Shown here: positions 11,982 through 23,800 of the stretch, piece after piece
How the letters are laid out: each line of letters opens with the position of its first letter
How positions within the stretch are numbered: position 1 is the first letter of the stretch
Assembly: GCA_965662845.1 (NCBI GenBank)
Contig: CBFIJD010000008.1
Location: forward strand, 47,476-93,250
From: an uncultured bacterium
GTDB taxonomy: Bacteria > SAR324 > NAC60-12
Reading direction: 5' to 3'
Length of the DNA: 45,775 nucleotides
Translations under genes and position numbers: made by a program
The notes under the pieces: model-generated
Told to the model about the DNA's origin: nothing
Database searches by the model: none
Seen by the model: only the letters and a program-made list of their open reading frames with translations

Positions 11982-12015
11982 TTAATTTGAAATTAAGTTG
12001 TTTGAATATTTCTGA
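11982..12015. promoter_or_regulatory. Palindromic/phased TNA-N7-TNA operator upstream of nqrA
   Basis: Perfect dyad TTAATTT-G-AAATTAA (11982-11996), plus TNA triplets at 11983, 11993, 12003 and 12013 (10-bp phasing). Confidence 0.45.
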
Positions 12016-12032
12016 AAATAGGGAGGAGTTTC

Positions 12033-13391
12033 ATGATTCATATTCAGGTCAAGAGGGGGCTCGACCTGCCGATCAAAGGTGAACCGGAGCAGCGGGTGGA
12101 AGACGCGCCGGCGATCTCGCAGGTGGCGTTGACCGGGCTCGATTACGTCGGGCTCAAGCCGAAGATGCTCGTTCAAGAAGGAGACACGGTCGCGCAAGGC
12201 CAGGCCTTGTTTCAAGACAAGCGCTTTCCCACGGTGAACTTCACCGCGCCCTTTGGTGGGAAGGTCACGCATGTTCATCGAGGCCTGCGGCGGTTGCTGC
12301 ACTCCGTTGTGATCCAGCGGGATGAGGGTATCGCGCCGCGTACGTTCCCTGCGCATGCTCCAGAGACCTTAGCGCAGCTGCACCGCGAAGATGTCATCCA
12401 GCAGCTCACCGACTCTGGGCTGTGGACGGCGTTCCGCACTCGCCCCTTCAGCCAAGTCGCCAACCCTGACCCAGAAGCCGCACCGCACGCCTTGTTCATC
12501 AACGCGATGGACACGCAGCCGCTCGCCGCGCAGCCCAAACCGATCATCGAAGCACGCAAAGAGGACTTCCGGCACGGATTGCAAGTCGTCTCGCATCTCC
12601 TCGATGGCAAAATTTATCTCTGTCAAAGCCGAGGCGCGCACATTCCCGGTCACGACCTCCCGCACATCACTCCGGCAGAATTCAGCGGCAAACACCCCGC
12701 AGGGCTGGCGGGCACGCACATCCACTTCCTCTGTCCCGCCCACGCAGAGCGCACTGTTTGGACGATCAACTACCAAGACATCCTCGCCATCGGTCATCTC
12801 TTCACAACGGGGACGCTCGACAACCACCGCGTGATCTCTTTCGCGGGGCCGGCGGTTCAGCAGCCGCGGCTGTTGCGTGTTCCGCTGGGATCCTCGCTGC
12901 GAGAGCTGTCACGAGGAGCATTAGTCGGCGACACCAACCGCATCATTTCGGGGTCGGTGCTGTCGGGGAGAACCGCAGCGCCTGGCTTGGACTTTTTAGG
13001 ACGCTACCACCTTCAGGTCTCCGCGCTACAAGAAGGATATGAGCGGGAGTTCCTTGGCTGGCTCGCGCCGGGCTTAGAGCGGTTCTCGATTCGGAATGTG
13101 TTCCTCTCAGGATTGAAGAAAGCGCCAAAGTTCAGCTTCACGACCTCCACGCAGGGGAGCCCACGCGCGATTGTGCCGATTGGCATGTATGAAGACGTGA
13201 TGCCGCTCGACATCGAACCCACCTTCTTGCTCAAAGCCTTAGTGAGTGGGGACACGGAGGAAGCCCAGCGGCTCGGCTGTTTGGAATTAGACGAAGAAGA
13301 CCTCTCGCTTTGCAGCTTTGTGTGTCCCGGAAAAGCCGACTATGGTCCGGCGCTGCGCCATGCCCTCAACCACATCGAAAAGGAGGGCTGA
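12033..13391 (+). CDS. nqrA: Na+-translocating NADH:quinone reductase subunit A
   Basis: [38 protein letters not shown] and [26 protein letters not shown]. Confidence 0.97.
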   Translation: MIHIQVKRGLDLPIKGEPEQRVEDAPAISQVALTGLDYVGLKPKMLVQEGDTVAQGQALFQDKRFPTVNFTAPFGGKVTHVHRGLRRLLHSVVIQRDEGIAPRTFPAHAPETLAQLHREDVIQQLTDSGLWTAFRTRPFSQVANPDPEAAPHALFINAMDTQPLAAQPKPIIEARKEDFRHGLQVVSHLLDGKIYLCQSRGAHIPGHDLPHITPAEFSGKHPAGLAGTHIHFLCPAHAERTVWTINYQDILAIGHLFTTGTLDNHRVISFAGPAVQQPRLLRVPLGSSLRELSRGALVGDTNRIISGSVLSGRTAAPGLDFLGRYHLQVSALQEGYEREFLGWLAPGLERFSIRNVFLSGLKKAPKFSFTTSTQGSPRAIVPIGMYEDVMPLDIEPTFLLKALVSGDTEEAQRLGCLELDEEDLSLCSFVCPGKADYGPALRHALNHIEKEG

Positions 13392-14608
13392 TGAAAGCAT
13401 TCCGCAAAACCTTGGACCGCATCGAACCCTTGGTCTCACGCAATGGCGGCAAATATCCGGGGCTGTATCCATTCTACGAGGCGCTAGACACATTCCTGTA
13501 CACGCCTGGAACCGTGAACAAGGGCCAGACGCATGTGCGAGACGGGCTCGACCTGAAGCGCATGATGATCACCGTCGTGATCGCGCTCATGCCCTGTGTG
13601 CTCTTTGGGCTCTACAACACGGGCTACCAAGCGAACCTTGCGATGGCGAACTTGGGGCTCGAGACCACCGTGGGCTGGCGCGGCGATCTCATCGGCTTAT
13701 TGGGCGTTGGATATGACCCCAGCAGCGTCTTCGCGAATGTGTTCCACGGTGCGCTATATTTCATTCCCGTATATCTCGTCTGCAATTTGACCGGCGCCTT
13801 TTGGGAAGGACTCTTCGCGTCTGTGCGCAAGCACGAGATCAACGAAGGCTTCTTGGTCACTGGGATGCTGATTCCGCTGATCATGCCGGCGACGATTCCG
13901 CTGTGGCAGGTGATTGTGGCCACCTCCTTCGCCGTTGTGGTGGGGAAAGAGGTCTTCGGCGGCACGGGGAAGAATTTTCTCAATGTGGCGCTGCTGGCGC
14001 GGGCGTTTCTATATTTTGCCTATCCTGCGCAGATCAGTGGCGATGCGGTCTGGACAGCCGTGGACGGCTACACCGCGGCGACCCCGCTCGGGCTGGCGGC
14101 CTCAGGCGGTTTGAACGCGATGTCTGGAACGGGCATCGAGTGGAGCGACGCCTTCTTGGGTTCGATCTCAGGCTCGATGGGCGAGACCTCAGCCCTCGCT
14201 GTGCTGCTGGGCGCGGCTTATCTCATCTATACCGGGGTCGCTTCGTGGCGGGTGATGGTCGCTTGTCTGCTCGGCGCTTTGGCGCTGACGGGGCTGATCT
14301 ACTCCGTCGGCAGCGAGACTAACCCCATGTATAGCATTCCTCCCCACTGGCATCTGGTGCTCGGGGGCTTCGCTTTCGGCGCCGTCTTCATGGCGACGGA
14401 TCCGGTGACCTCGCCGTCAACTTCGATGGGCAAGTGGATCTACGGGTTCCTCATCGGTTTTATGGCGATGCTCATCCGCACCTTAAACCCCGCGTACCCG
14501 GAAGGGGTCTTCGCCATCCTCCTCCTCAATGTCTTTGCTCCCACCATTGATTACTACGTAGTCAAGGCCAACATCCGACGCAGAAAGGCTCGCTATGCAG
14601 AAGGATAG
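13391..14608 (+). CDS. nqrB: Na+-NQR subunit B
   Basis: [35 protein letters not shown] and [22 protein letters not shown] (FMN-Thr motif). ATG overlaps the nqrA stop. Confidence 0.97.
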   Translation: MKAFRKTLDRIEPLVSRNGGKYPGLYPFYEALDTFLYTPGTVNKGQTHVRDGLDLKRMMITVVIALMPCVLFGLYNTGYQANLAMANLGLETTVGWRGDLIGLLGVGYDPSSVFANVFHGALYFIPVYLVCNLTGAFWEGLFASVRKHEINEGFLVTGMLIPLIMPATIPLWQVIVATSFAVVVGKEVFGGTGKNFLNVALLARAFLYFAYPAQISGDAVWTAVDGYTAATPLGLAASGGLNAMSGTGIEWSDAFLGSISGSMGETSALAVLLGAAYLIYTGVASWRVMVACLLGALALTGLIYSVGSETNPMYSIPPHWHLVLGGFAFGAVFMATDPVTSPSTSMGKWIYGFLIGFMAMLIRTLNPAYPEGVFAILLLNVFAPTIDYYVVKANIRRRKARYAEG

Positions 14609-15380
14609 TATGATGGGCACCTTCGTCGTGGCGGTGGTGCTGTGTGTTGTGTGCTCCGTGATGGTCTCTTCAGCCGCCGTCTTGCTGAAGCCGATGCAGG
14701 AGCGGAATGCTGCGTTGGAGAAAAAGCGCAACATCCTCTTAGCCGCTGGGATCTCAGCGCAAGGTGCTGACGCGATTGAAAAGCAGTTCGGCGAGAAGAT
14801 CACCGTCCAGCTCGTAGACCTCGCAAGCGGCGATTACATCCCCGCAGCCCTTGGGCTAGACCCGCTGACGTATGACCAGCGCCGCGCGGCTCGGGATGGA
14901 GATTTGAGCCTTGAGATTGAAGACAGAGAAGACATCGCGGGAATCCAACGTCGCGCGAACATCGCCCCCGTTTATCTGATGTACGAAGAAGACCAACTGC
15001 AGAAGGTGATCCTGCCCGTGCACGGTAAAGGGCTGTGGTCAACAATGTATGGTTTTATGGCGCTCGAAGCAGACCTCAACACCGTCGCGGGGTTTTCGTT
15101 CTATGAGCACGCAGAGACCCCCGGGCTCGGAGGGGAAGTCGATAACCCCAACTGGAAGAAGCTCTGGCTCGGTAAGCAGGTGTTCAACGACGATGGCGAG
15201 GTCGCCGTGCGCGTGATCAAAGGCTCTGTGCAGCCCGAAGAAGTCGGCGCAGAGTACAAAGTCGATGGGATCGCTGGCTCTACCATTACCGGTGACGGCG
15301 TCACAAATCTGCTGCACTTCTGGCTTGGTGGCAGCGGCTTCGGGACTTACTTGAAAAAACTCAAACTCCAGCAGACGTGA
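14595..15380 (+). CDS. nqrC: Na+-NQR subunit C
   Basis: N-terminal TM helix, [31 protein letters not shown] and [13 protein letters not shown] (FMN-Thr). Confidence 0.97.
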   Translation: MQKDSMMGTFVVAVVLCVVCSVMVSSAAVLLKPMQERNAALEKKRNILLAAGISAQGADAIEKQFGEKITVQLVDLASGDYIPAALGLDPLTYDQRRAARDGDLSLEIEDREDIAGIQRRANIAPVYLMYEEDQLQKVILPVHGKGLWSTMYGFMALEADLNTVAGFSFYEHAETPGLGGEVDNPNWKKLWLGKQVFNDDGEVAVRVIKGSVQPEEVGAEYKVDGIAGSTITGDGVTNLLHFWLGGSGFGTYLKKLKLQQT

Positions 15381-15387
15381 GGCTCCT

Positions 15388-16041
15388 ATGGCAAAACTCT
15401 CGGTGAAAGAGACCCTGTTCGCGCCGGTCTTTGACAACAACCCCATCGCGCTCCAAATCCTTGGCATTTGCTCAGCGCTCGCGATCTCTAACAAGCTGGA
15501 GACGGTCTTTGTGATGAGCCTCGCGGTGATCTTCGTAGCCGCGTTCGCAAACTTCGCGATCAGCCTGATCCGCAACTTCATCCCAGGCAGCATCCGCATG
15601 ATCGTGCAGATGGTGATCATCGCCTCGCTGGTGATCGTCGTCGATCAATTCCTCAAAGCCTATGCTTACGACGCGAGCAAGCAGCTCTCCGTTTTCGTGG
15701 GGCTGATCATCACGAACTGTCTCATCATGGGACGCGCCGAAGCCTTCGCGATGCAGAACCCTCCGCTGATTAGCTTTGTGGATGGCCTTGGCAACGGCCT
15801 TGGCTACAGCGTGATCTTGCTCGCCGTTGGGGTCGTGCGAGAGCTGTTCGGCTCCGGCAAGCTGATGGGCTTTGAAATCCTGCCGCTGATCAATGAAGGC
15901 GGCTGGTACATCCCCAATGGCTTGCTGGCGCTGCCACCGAGCGCGTTCTTTTTGATCGGCTTCTTCATTTGGGGGCTGCGCAGCTGGAAGCGTGACCAGA
16001 TTGAACCCGAAACTGCCGACAAACCCGCCACGGCTCACTAA
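15388..16041 (+). CDS. nqrD: Na+-NQR subunit D
   Basis: [38 protein letters not shown] and NGLL.LPPSAFF. Confidence 0.97.
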   Translation: MAKLSVKETLFAPVFDNNPIALQILGICSALAISNKLETVFVMSLAVIFVAAFANFAISLIRNFIPGSIRMIVQMVIIASLVIVVDQFLKAYAYDASKQLSVFVGLIITNCLIMGRAEAFAMQNPPLISFVDGLGNGLGYSVILLAVGVVRELFGSGKLMGFEILPLINEGGWYIPNGLLALPPSAFFLIGFFIWGLRSWKRDQIEPETADKPATAH

Positions 16042-16051
16042 GGAGGACACC

Positions 16052-16663
16052 ATGCTAGAAGCCTACTTAAGCCTGATGATTAAGGCGATTTTTGTGGAAA
16101 ACCTCGCGCTGTCCTTCTTCTTGGGGATGTGCACCTTCTTGGCAGTCTCCAAGAAAGTCGACACCGCCGTCGGACTCGGCGTCGCTGTGATAGTGGTGCA
16201 GACCATCACCGTCCCTGTGAACAACCTGCTCTACACCCACATCCTGCAACAGGGCGCTTGGGCTTGGGCGGGCATGCCAGAGTTAGATCTGAGCTTCCTC
16301 GGGTTGATCAGCTACATCGGCGTCATCGCGGCGATGGTGCAAATTTTAGAGATGACCCTCGACCGCTACTTCCCACCGCTTTACAACGCGCTCGGCGTGT
16401 TCCTACCGCTGATCACGGTCAACTGCGCGATTCTCGGTGGCTCCTTGTTCATGGTGGAGCGCAGCTACAACTTCGGACAGAGCGTTGTGTTCGGGGTCGG
16501 CTCCGGCATCGGCTGGATGCTAGCGATTGTCGGGCTGGCCGGCATTCGTGAGAAGCTGCGCTACAGCGAAGTCCCCGAAGGACTGCGCGGGCTCGGCATC
16601 ACGTTCATCATCGTCGGGCTGATGTCCATGACGTTCATGGAGTTCTCAGGGATCAAGCTCTGA
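16052..16663 (+). CDS. nqrE: Na+-NQR subunit E
   Basis: [41 protein letters not shown] and [14 protein letters not shown] at 16052 after AGGAGG. Confidence 0.97.
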   Translation: MLEAYLSLMIKAIFVENLALSFFLGMCTFLAVSKKVDTAVGLGVAVIVVQTITVPVNNLLYTHILQQGAWAWAGMPELDLSFLGLISYIGVIAAMVQILEMTLDRYFPPLYNALGVFLPLITVNCAILGGSLFMVERSYNFGQSVVFGVGSGIGWMLAIVGLAGIREKLRYSEVPEGLRGLGITFIIVGLMSMTFMEFSGIKL

Positions 16664-16773
16664 GGCTCTCGTTGTTGTTTCAGCATTCCCGTCACGGCTC
16701 TGTCGCAAAAGACCCGTGGACGGGGATTTGAGTCGCAAACCGCTCATTTTTGTAACTAAGAGAGGAGCATCCA

Positions 16774-18000
16774 ATGGACGTAATCTCGCTGGGCGTGGTG
16801 ATGTTCACGCTGATTGTGTTGTCGCTGGTGACGATCATTTTGCTGGCCAAATCCAAGCTCGTGCCTGCGGGCGATGTGCGCATTGATGTCAACGAAGACG
16901 ATCGCCTGTCCTTCACTGGAGGACGCGGCGGCAAGCTGCTCAATCGCCTCGCCGAGCGCCAAATCTTCTTACCCTCGGCGTGTGGAGGCGGAGGGACCTG
17001 CGCGCAGTGTCGCGTGAAGGTGTTTGAAGGCGGAGGCTCGATTCTGCCCACGGAAGAGACCTACATCAACAAGCGCGAAGCAGTAGAAGGCATCCGCCTC
17101 GCGTGTCAGGTCAACGTCAAAGAAGACATGCGCATCGAGGTCCCCGAAGAGTGCCTCGAAGTCAAGAAGTGGGAGTGTACGGTGCGCTCCAACAAAAACG
17201 TCGCGACCTTCATCAAAGAGCTGGTGCTCGAGCTTCCCAAAGGCGAGACGATTGACTTCCGGGCCGGCGGGTACATCCAGATTGAGTGTGGGCCTCACAC
17301 GATCTCGTTCAAAGACTTCGATGTGGAAACCGAATACCGCGAAGACTGGGACAAGTATGACTTCTGGAAGTACACCTCCAAGGTGGAGGAAGAGGTCATC
17401 CGCGCCTACTCCATGGCGAGTTATCCCGAAGAGAGAGACGTCATTATCTTGAACGTCCGCATCGTGCCCCCGCCTGCCGATCGCCCAGATTTGCCACCAG
17501 GGAAGATGTCCACCTTCATCTTCAATATGAAGCCTGGCGACAAGGTTCAAGTGTCCGGTCCTTACGGCGAGTTCTACGCCCGAGAGACGGACGCGGAGAT
17601 GGTCTTCATCGGCGGGGGCGCAGGGATGGCGCCGATGCGTTCGCACATTTTCGATCAACTCGTGCGCCTGAAGTCTAAGCGCAAAATCAGCTTCTGGTAT
17701 GGAGCGCGAAGTGTGCGCGAGATGTTCTACGTTGAAGAGTTCGACAAACTCGCCGCAGCGAACGAGAACTTTGTGTGGCACACCGCCCTCTCGGATCCTC
17801 TGCCGGAAGACAACTGGTCTGGCCACACCGGCTTCATCCATCAAGTGCTGCACGATGAGTATCTGAAGGATCACCCCGCGCCCGAAGACTGCGAGTATTA
17901 CATCTGTGGGCCGCCAATCATGAACAGCTCCGTCACCAAAATGCTGCTCGACCTCGGGGTGGAGCAGGACAACATCATGTACGACGACTTTGGAATCTAA
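16774..18000 (+). CDS. nqrF: Na+-NQR subunit F
   Basis: [12 protein letters not shown] [2Fe-2S], RLACQV, RAYSMA (FAD), [20 protein letters not shown] and C-terminal DDFG. Confidence 0.98.
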   Translation: MDVISLGVVMFTLIVLSLVTIILLAKSKLVPAGDVRIDVNEDDRLSFTGGRGGKLLNRLAERQIFLPSACGGGGTCAQCRVKVFEGGGSILPTEETYINKREAVEGIRLACQVNVKEDMRIEVPEECLEVKKWECTVRSNKNVATFIKELVLELPKGETIDFRAGGYIQIECGPHTISFKDFDVETEYREDWDKYDFWKYTSKVEEEVIRAYSMASYPEERDVIILNVRIVPPPADRPDLPPGKMSTFIFNMKPGDKVQVSGPYGEFYARETDAEMVFIGGGAGMAPMRSHIFDQLVRLKSKRKISFWYGARSVREMFYVEEFDKLAAANENFVWHTALSDPLPEDNWSGHTGFIHQVLHDEYLKDHPAPEDCEYYICGPPIMNSSVTKMLLDLGVEQDNIMYDDFGI

Positions 18001-18009
18001 GGAGACAGC

Positions 18010-18216
18010 ATGGAGATGTTTATCGCCAGCGGGGTGGTGATGTTGATCGCGATCACGGGCATGGCCGTCGGAGTGATCTTCGCGCAAAAGCCGATCCAAG
18101 GCTCGTGTGGCGGCATCAAAACGCTCAAGGGTCTGTTGGGGAGCGGTCCCTGCGAACTCTGCGAACGCAAAGAACAGTGCAAAAATCGCCAAGACAGCGC
18201 ACGCGATTTCGGGTGA
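18010..18216 (+). CDS. nqrM: Na+-NQR maturation factor NqrM (DUF539)
   Basis: Single TM helix ending GMAVGVIF, then KPIQGSCGG and three further Cys (C..C...C). Located after nqrF. Confidence 0.88.
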   Translation: MEMFIASGVVMLIAITGMAVGVIFAQKPIQGSCGGIKTLKGLLGSGPCELCERKEQCKNRQDSARDFG

Positions 18217-18250
18217 ACAACCGTCTGAGAAACCAACCAAGGGAGAGAAC

Positions 18251-19240
18251 ATGGAAGCAATCAATCGCCGCACGCTGCTGAAATCCGCAGGAGTGATGGG
18301 GCTCGTACTCGCAGGGGCTGGGCTTGGCCCCACGCTCTGGACACGCGACAAAGAGCTGGTGCGTCAGTCGCGCTTGTTGATGGGAACCATCGCCGACATC
18401 CGCGTGTTGCATGACGACAAACCCAGCGCCGAGGTCGCGGTTCGGGCAGCCTTCGAGGAGATCGCTCGGCTGCAACGTCTGCTGTCCCGCTATGAAGAGA
18501 CCAGTGACATCGGGCGTTCCAACCGGCTGGCGTTCCAACGCGACGTATCGGTTTCACCAGAGACCGTGGAGGTCTTGCAGCGAGGTCTGACTTGGGCAGA
18601 GCGCACCACAGGTCGCTTCGACCCCGCAATCGGCAGCATCAGCAAGGTGTGGGATGTCCGCAATCGCAAGGAGCTTCCCGCCACGGAGAGCTATGCCTCG
18701 CTGGCAAACCAGCAGTTCTTTCGCCAAGTAGAGCTGCGGACTACCACGAACGGCGGCACCGTGCGCTTCCACGACGAGCGCGTGCAGTTGGACTTAGGAG
18801 GGATCGGCAAGGGCTACGCAGCGGATCAAGCGGCTGCGGTGCTCCGAGCGCACGGCATCTCGCAAGCGTTGATCAACTTAGGCGGCGATTTGGTCGCGGT
18901 CGGTAGCAAAGCCGAAGGGCAAGCGTGGCGTATTGGCCTGAAAGATCCCAACGACCCTTCCAAAATGGCGCGAGTTCTGGAACTGAGCGACGAGGCGCTG
19001 GCGACGTCAGGCAACTACGAGCAGTTCTTCCGGGGTGCGGATCAGCAGATCTATCACCACCTGATGGACCCGACCCTCGCCCGCCCTGCGCGGACAAAAT
19101 TCCACAGCTTCACCGTGTTTGCCCCGACCGGATGTGACGCGGACGCGCTGGCGACAGGCTTGTTCGGGGTTGATGAGACGACCTCGAAGTCTCTGGTGAG
19201 CGCGACTTCTGCGCAGATTAAGCTGCTGCACCTGAGCTGA
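18251..19240 (+). CDS. apbE: FAD:protein FMN transferase ApbE
   Basis: MGT, LSRY...SD, G.FDPAIG, LDLGGIGKGYAAD, NLGGD, ATSGNYE, YHHLMDP and ADALAT. Tat-like RRTLLK N-terminus. ATG at 18251. Confidence 0.95.
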   Translation: MEAINRRTLLKSAGVMGLVLAGAGLGPTLWTRDKELVRQSRLLMGTIADIRVLHDDKPSAEVAVRAAFEEIARLQRLLSRYEETSDIGRSNRLAFQRDVSVSPETVEVLQRGLTWAERTTGRFDPAIGSISKVWDVRNRKELPATESYASLANQQFFRQVELRTTTNGGTVRFHDERVQLDLGGIGKGYAADQAAAVLRAHGISQALINLGGDLVAVGSKAEGQAWRIGLKDPNDPSKMARVLELSDEALATSGNYEQFFRGADQQIYHHLMDPTLARPARTKFHSFTVFAPTGCDADALATGLFGVDETTSKSLVSATSAQIKLLHLS

Positions 19241-19480
19241 TTGTTCTCTAACGGTCACTCTTCTCTTCTCGCCTCTGTTTGCTGGCTGCGTGGCCAGCAT
19301 CTCCGCTTGCGTCTGGCGGCCGGTCCTCTCCGCAAGGTCTCCCGAACCGGCTGTTTTTCTCCTCTCCCGCTTTTCACAAGAACAAGTTTTGCAGGTCTAG
19401 CGCGCGCTCCATCGCTTCTCTAATCGCATGAGACGATGCTGGTGACACCAGTCTCTTCTGCTTAACGGGTTGTTTTTACT

Positions 19481-20746
19481 ATGAGTCTCGCTATGTTTCG
19501 TCGCGCTGTTTGCCTTGTGTTCGCCGTGATGTTGTTTGCCACCGCCGCCCAGGCGATCGAGCGCCGCCGCTCTCAGTTTGCGACGGAGTTTGGCTATCTG
19601 GTGGCGCCGATCCCGTTCATTTTGCCGGGTGTTGGGACTGGGCTGGGGTTGTTGGGCGCGTTCAACAACTTCTATGACACGACAGATTTGTATCTCGTTT
19701 ACATCACCGGGGATGTAGAAGGCACGGTCTCCGGCATTACGGAGATCCAGCTGGTGCCAGAAAATGTGCTGCTCGACTTTACCTATGTGGGCTTTAATAA
19801 AGGCTCACAAGTCAGCTACGGCAACCGCGGTATGGACTCTGATCCAGACGATTTTTACGTGAGTGAAATTCGCGATACGAGCCTAGTTGGTGGACGCTTG
19901 ACCTTCACTTTTTTTGAGCGCCGTGTGGAATTTTTTGCTCTGCAATACGAGATCAACCTGACGCCCAGCGCCTTGATTTACCAAGGGAAAGAAGAGAATC
20001 GTCAAGAGCTGAAAGGTGCGGAGCAGGTGAAGTTTTCGACTCTGCAATACGGCTCGCAGCTTGACTTCACCGATGACCGCTTAGACCCCCGTGTCGGCTT
20101 GCGGGGGACGATCTCGCGCTCGGACTCGCCCACGTTCGATGAGGATGAATCGGAGACGTTCACGGTGGACACCAACATCACAGGCTACATCCCGTTGCTC
20201 GAGAGCAGCACGTTCGCCATCAACTACTTCCGTTCGGATGCGTTTGTGACCAAGGAAGGGTTGTCAGACTACGACACCATCTTGGCAGAGCTCCAAGCGG
20301 ACTATGACTGCGCGAACATCACCTGCGACGAGGAGACCTTGGCCAAAGACGCCAATAACACCGCGCTTGCTCGCCAAAACGGCACCGCGTCCTCTCTGGG
20401 AGGAAGCTCTCGGCTGCGCTCCTACGGCGGAGGGCGCTTCAGCGGCGCCCACACGGAGTTTTGGGGATATGAGTTTCGCTGGAACCTCACCGACGAGAAC
20501 ACGCCATTTGACCTGTATTTCATCCGCGATTTTCGCACGGGGTTTCAGATCGCTTTTTTCTACGAGATTGGGACCGTCGCGGAGACGAAAGATGAGCTTT
20601 GGGAGGACTCGAAGTCATCGCAGGGGGTCGGGGCACGGCTCGTGACGGCCTCAGGTTTTGTCTATCGTTTTGACGTCGCGACGGGAGATGAGGGCTCGGA
20701 GGTGACGCTGTTCATTGACTATCCGTGGGGCACGATTGCGCAGTGA
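19481..20746 (+). CDS. Omp85/BamA-TamA-like outer-membrane beta-barrel protein, function unknown
   Basis: Signal peptide ending AQA, amphipathic beta pattern, D.R.DP..G, LGG..RLRSY..GRF (L6-loop RGY-like motif) and G.GARL...RFDVA.G C-terminal strands. No obvious POTRA domains. Confidence 0.6.
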   Translation: MSLAMFRRAVCLVFAVMLFATAAQAIERRRSQFATEFGYLVAPIPFILPGVGTGLGLLGAFNNFYDTTDLYLVYITGDVEGTVSGITEIQLVPENVLLDFTYVGFNKGSQVSYGNRGMDSDPDDFYVSEIRDTSLVGGRLTFTFFERRVEFFALQYEINLTPSALIYQGKEENRQELKGAEQVKFSTLQYGSQLDFTDDRLDPRVGLRGTISRSDSPTFDEDESETFTVDTNITGYIPLLESSTFAINYFRSDAFVTKEGLSDYDTILAELQADYDCANITCDEETLAKDANNTALARQNGTASSLGGSSRLRSYGGGRFSGAHTEFWGYEFRWNLTDENTPFDLYFIRDFRTGFQIAFFYEIGTVAETKDELWEDSKSSQGVGARLVTASGFVYRFDVATGDEGSEVTLFIDYPWGTIAQ

Positions 20747-20883
20747 AATCCCTTTCGCGTTCCTCTTGAGTGCTCCTCCCTCGACCTCCTGTTCACAGAA
20801 CTAGATTGTGCATTTGTGCCAATTTCGGCACAGTGCCTCGCTTTGTCTGAGCCTTTTCTTTCCCTCCTACTGATTCGCCTTCT

Positions 20884-23800
20884 ATGATCGCGTGGATGAC
20901 TCGCCATCCTGTGGCTTCGAACCTGTTGATGTTCCTGATTTTGGTTGGGGGCTGGACACTCGGTTCGAACGTAAAGCAAGAGATCTTCCCGGAATTTGCC
21001 CTCGATTTTGTGAATGTCACGGTCTCCTATCCTGGGGCGTCTCCCGCCGAGGTGGAAGAGTCGCTCGTGGTGCCGCTAGAGAATGCGCTGCGCGGGGTGG
21101 CTGGCATCAAGACCATTGAAGCGACGGCAGCCGAAGGGGGAGCCAATCTCACAGTGGAAGTGGAAGCCGGCGAAGATGTGCAGCGTGTGAAAGATGACAT
21201 GCAAGGCGCGGTAGACCGCATCACGACTCTGCCCGACGACGCGGAGTCGCCGAGGGTGTCGGCGGTCCAGCTACGCAACGAGGTGCTCAATGTGATGGTG
21301 TATGGCGACGCGCCAGAGCGCAGCTTGCGCGAGTGGGCGCTGGAGGTGCGGAATGAGTTGTTGAACCATCCCGGCATCACGCAAGTTGAGCTGGAGCGGC
21401 TGCGGAATTTTGAGATCACGATTGAGTTGAAACAACAGGCGCTGTCGCAATATGGGCTGACGCTGCCGGTGATTGCCCAGAAGATTCAGCAGTCCACGCT
21501 CGACCTGCCGGGTGGGCGTCTGCAAACCGATGGCGGCGACATCCTCATTCGCACCAAAGAGCAGCGCTACAGCGGTCAAGAATACGCGCGCGTTCCGATC
21601 CTCAATACAGACAGTGGCAGCGTGCTATTGGGCGACATTGCGACCATTCGAGATGGCTTTGAAGAGTCAGATGTGCGTGTGCGCTACAATGGCTTCCCTG
21701 CCGAGCGCCTGCAGGTGTATCGAGTCAGCGACCAGACCCCAACAGCCATCTCTGAAGCTGCGCGCGGTGTGATTGTGCAGCTGGAGAATCGACTGCCGCT
21801 GGGAGTGAGCGCAGCGGTGTTGTTTGACCGCTCGATCATCCTGCAGGAGCGCATTGACCTGCTGTTGCGCAACCTGTGGATGGGGCTGGTGTTGGTGCTG
21901 CTGGTGCTGGCGTTGTTTCTGAATCTGGAGCTTTCGTTTTGGATCATGCTCGGCATCCCCATCTCGTTTGCCGGGGCGCTCTTTGTGATGCCTTCGCTAG
22001 ATGCCAGCATCAACATGATCTCCCTGTTTGCCTTCATTTTGGTGCTGGGGATTGTGGTGGATGACGCCATTGTGGTGGGCGAGAACATCTACGCGCATCA
22101 CGAACGAGGAGAGTCTTGGATGCGCGCTGCGGTGAAAGGCACCGAAGAGATTGGGCGCCCGGTGCTCACGACGATCCTCACCACGATTGCGGCGTTCTTG
22201 CCGTTCTTCTTCATTCCAGGCGTCTTCGGGAAGTTTTTTCAAGTGATCCCATACGTCGTCATCGCGACGCTGATCTTTTCGTTGATCGAGGTGATCTTCA
22301 TTCTGCCGGCCCACTTGGGACACAAGACCCCGCGCTGGATTCAGTTCTTTGTGCAACCGCTGGATGATCGTCTGCGACAAGTCCGGGCCTTCTGCAGCAC
22401 CCACTTGCAGCGCATAATCGAGGGCCCCTATCGCCGTTATCTGCATCTCGCTTTGGAGTTTCGATATGCCACGCTGATGCTTGGGATCGTGGCGTTAATG
22501 CTGTGTGGTGGGCTAGTGGGGAGCGGTCACATGAAGTTCACGTTCTTTCCGCGAATTGACAGCGATGTGATTTTTGTGAACGCCAGCTTCCCTTTTGGAA
22601 CCACGCTCTCAGTGACCGAGCGCTTGGAAGCTCGCCTGTTAGACGAAGCCGATCAGCTCTTGCAGGGGTATGAACAGCGGCAGGGAGTCCCAGTGCATGA
22701 TGGCGTGTACAGTATTCTGGGCGGCGGCGGGACGCATCGGCTGCAGGTGATTTTGTTTTTGAAGCCGCTGGGCGAACGAGGCTTTGCGGCGCAAGAGTTT
22801 GCGCGCAAGTGGGAGACCGCGGTGGGAGAGGTCGCGGGGCTCGAACGCATCAACTTCAACGCCAGCACAGGAGTGGGCGCAGAGAGTGATATTGAAGTGC
22901 AGTTCACCCACCCGAATGGACAAGTGCTGGAGTCGGTAGTGGCGCAAGTGAAGGATGCGCTGTTGAGCTATAACGGCGTCACGAACGTGGATGACAGCCG
23001 CGCGGACGGGAAAGAAGAGATCCGCTTGCGCCTCAGCCCAGAAGGCTTGGCGCTAGGGCTCAACGCCAGAGAGTTGACGCGTCAAGTGAGCGCGGCGTTC
23101 CAAGGCTTGGAAGTGACCACGCTCCTGCGTGATAGCGAAGAGGTCACGGTCAAGCTGCGCTTGCCCCCCGAAGAGCGCCGCTCGCTCCGTGACTTGACAG
23201 GGTTGCTGGTCGCGACGCCACAAGGCGGTCAGGTCCCCTTGGCGCGAGTCGCGCTTCTGGAGCAAGGCCTTGCCGAAAGCAGCATCACGCGCATTGACAC
23301 TCGCCGCGTCTTGAACGTGCAGGCAGACATTGACGCCTCTGTGGGGGGCAATGCAGGGCAAGTGATCAAGGCGTTGCAGACGGAGGTTCTGCCCAGTTTG
23401 CAGGAGCAATATCCTCAACTTCAGACGAGTTTTGAGGGGGCTAAGAGCGATCAAGACGAGACCTTCGCTGGGATTCAGCAAGGAGGGGTCGTGGCGCTCT
23501 TCATCATCTACTCGCTGCTGGCATTGCAGTTTCGCAGTTACACGCAGCCGATGATCATCATGACCGCGATTCCCTTTGGGATTGTGGGGAGCGTGATTGG
23601 GCATCTGCTGCTTGGATTTGACCTGAGCGTCGTGAGCGTGCTGGGCATTGTGGCGCTGAGTGGTGTCGTTGTGAATGACTCGCTCATTCTGGTGGATTTC
23701 ATCAACCAGAAACGGGCGCAGGGGCTCTCCTTGTTGCCCTCGGTTGTGGAATCGGGCATGCGGCGCTTCCGTCCAATTTTGCTGACGTCCCTGACCACCT

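Noticed and set aside
16969..18351. 460-aa minus-strand ORF
   Set aside because: Antisense shadow of nqrF/nqrM/apbE.
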